A DNA stretch of 41,675 nucleotides from positions 1 to 41,675 of IMG/VR virus record IMGVR_UViG_3300037047_000122; one strand, 5' to 3'. Made by a program: the position numbers and the translations under genes. The DNA is from a virus. Taxonomy: Duplodnaviria; Caudoviricetes. The notes beneath the pieces are model-generated. The model worked only from the letters and a program-made list of their open reading frames with translations, was not told the origin of the DNA and made no database searches. Positions 40,430-41,675 of this stretch are shown here, piece after piece (position 1 is the first letter of the stretch; every line of letters begins with the position of its first letter).

Positions 40430-41675
40430 CCCATACCCATGCAGAAGTCAGTTTCGGCATCGGGTTTATCGTTGAAATTCAACAGGATTCCATCCCGACT
40501 TCGCCAAATTTGCAACCATTTTCAAATATCAATGACCTGCGCACCGGCAGCGCCACGAATCGCCCGTTTGCTACCTTTGAGCCTGATTTCTGGCTTCTGG
40601 ATGGCGAGTACAAATTATTGCCGACCGAATTGAGAAAAATACACATCGGCATGATGACGCTGGCGATGAGTGATGATGCTGGGGCCTATGCCGTTCCACC
40701 AGTTCTAACAATCGATTTTAATGAGGTTCACTCAGTAGACGGACTGACCCTGCGCTTTGCGCAATACTCGGGGGATTATATAAATGACCTGGATGTGGCT
40801 TTTTATGATGACACGGCGACACTCATCCAAACTGACAATTACACCCCTACGGCCTGGGAATATTTCACGGGCAAGGCAGTGGAAAATTTCAAACAGATTG
40901 TGATCACCTTCAACAGTTCAAGCCACCCCTTTCGGTACGTGCGCTTGACAGCAATCGACTACGGCGAATTAATCAAGTTCACGGATGCAGATGTTTTATC
41001 AGCCAGCGTGGTTGAGGAAACGAATATCCTGGGATCTGAAGCGCGGATAGGCACCTGCGATCTTCGTCTCTACACAGAGGATGCAGATTTTTCCCCTATC
41101 AACCCTACCGGCCGCTATGCGTCTCTTGCGCAACGCAAACCGCTAACAGTTTCGGAGCAGATTGGTAATCAATCGGTTTTAATCGGGCAATATTACTTAG
41201 ATACTTGGACCAATCAGACTGAGACAGTTCTTGAGTTCACCTGCGTTAACCTGTTGGGCGTGCTGGATACCATGACGTATAAAGGCATTTTGATAGCAAG
41301 TCCGGGCACTGCCCTGGAAACTTTGCTGGATGCGATTTTGGGCCCTCTGCATGTACCTTATGATTTGCATCAGGATTTATACAGTTCCCTGGTGGTTGGC
41401 TGGATTCCGATATGCTCTTATCGTGAGGCGCTTCAACAGATTGCTTTCTCAGTAGGGGCTTACCTGGATTGCAGCAGGGACCGGCCTATAAAAATCTATC
41501 CTACCCGCCTGGCCTCCGACAACGCGATTTATTATGATGTTTCGATCCCCAGATCCGACCAGGGCATGGGCGGTAAGGTAACATTGAATTCAGAGATTAC
41601 GGGCGCGGAAGTGACTGCGCACCATTACGCGGCTTCGGCCACAAGCAAAAGTTTGTTTTCGAACGCCACTCAGGA
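40426..41675 (+). CDS. Tail tip/baseplate hub protein, N-terminal part (continues through the circular junction to 587)
   Basis: ATG 40426 (ATGA overlap), MTHTHAEVSFG...ATFEPDFWLLDG...REALQQIAF; missing from the ORF track because it runs off the end. Confidence 0.8.
   Translation, partial: MTHTHAEVSFGIGFIVEIQQDSIPTSPNLQPFSNINDLRTGSATNRPFATFEPDFWLLDGEYKLLPTELRKIHIGMMTLAMSDDAGAYAVPPVLTIDFNEVHSVDGLTLRFAQYSGDYINDLDVAFYDDTATLIQTDNYTPTAWEYFTGKAVENFKQIVITFNSSSHPFRYVRLTAIDYGELIKFTDADVLSASVVEETNILGSEARIGTCDLRLYTEDADFSPINPTGRYASLAQRKPLTVSEQIGNQSVLIGQYYLDTWTNQTETVLEFTCVNLLGVLDTMTYKGILIASPGTALETLLDAILGPLHVPYDLHQDLYSSLVVGWIPICSYREALQQIAFSVGAYLDCSRDRPIKIYPTRLASDNAIYYDVSIPRSDQGMGGKVTLNSEITGAEVTAHHYAASATSKSLFSNATQ
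41549..41675. repeat. 127-bp direct terminal repeat, copy 2
   Basis: Identical to 1-127. Confidence 0.97.

Noticed and set aside
41549-41675. Terminal repeat as a biological direct terminal repeat of the virion DNA
   Set aside because: Exactly 127 bp, a common assembler k-mer size, and it falls mid-gene; best explained as circular assembly overlap.

Overview
This looks like a complete, circularly assembled temperate siphovirus genome. Bases 1-127 are identical to 41549-41675, giving a unit length of 41,548 bp, and a tail-tip ORF reads across the junction. The + strand late region runs: holin-like genes (24.9 kb), an apparent TerS-TerL fusion, an inserted lectin cassette, A118/SPP1-like portal, minor capsid, GP20 scaffold, major capsid, neck genes, two paralogous tail tube genes, chaperones, tape measure, Dit and tail tip. 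Across the origin it continues with a fibre, a GH25 endolysin and a second fibre cassette. A long - strand early operon (20.5 to 5.8 kb) encodes an RHH Cro-like protein, a Flp-pilin-like protein, an AAA ATPase, a DnaQ-like exonuclease, an initiator with iterons, DnaB, VRR-NUC, ASCH and a minimal PolX. Its most notable part is a complete six-gene PRTRC-type ubiquitin-like conjugation cassette (ParB, Ubl, acidic protein, E2, JAB, E1/ThiF) whose Ubl appears to be a proprotein with an 83-aa C-terminal extension. The immunity/integration region has a leaderless XRE repressor lacking an autocleavage domain, an antisense ORF with its own promoter and an SOS-box-like repeat, accessory genes including a HEPN protein, a full tRNA-Leu(CAA) and a tyrosine integrase. 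All family calls come from motif recognition by eye, without database searches. A monoderm host, possibly Chloroflexota, is only a weak inference.
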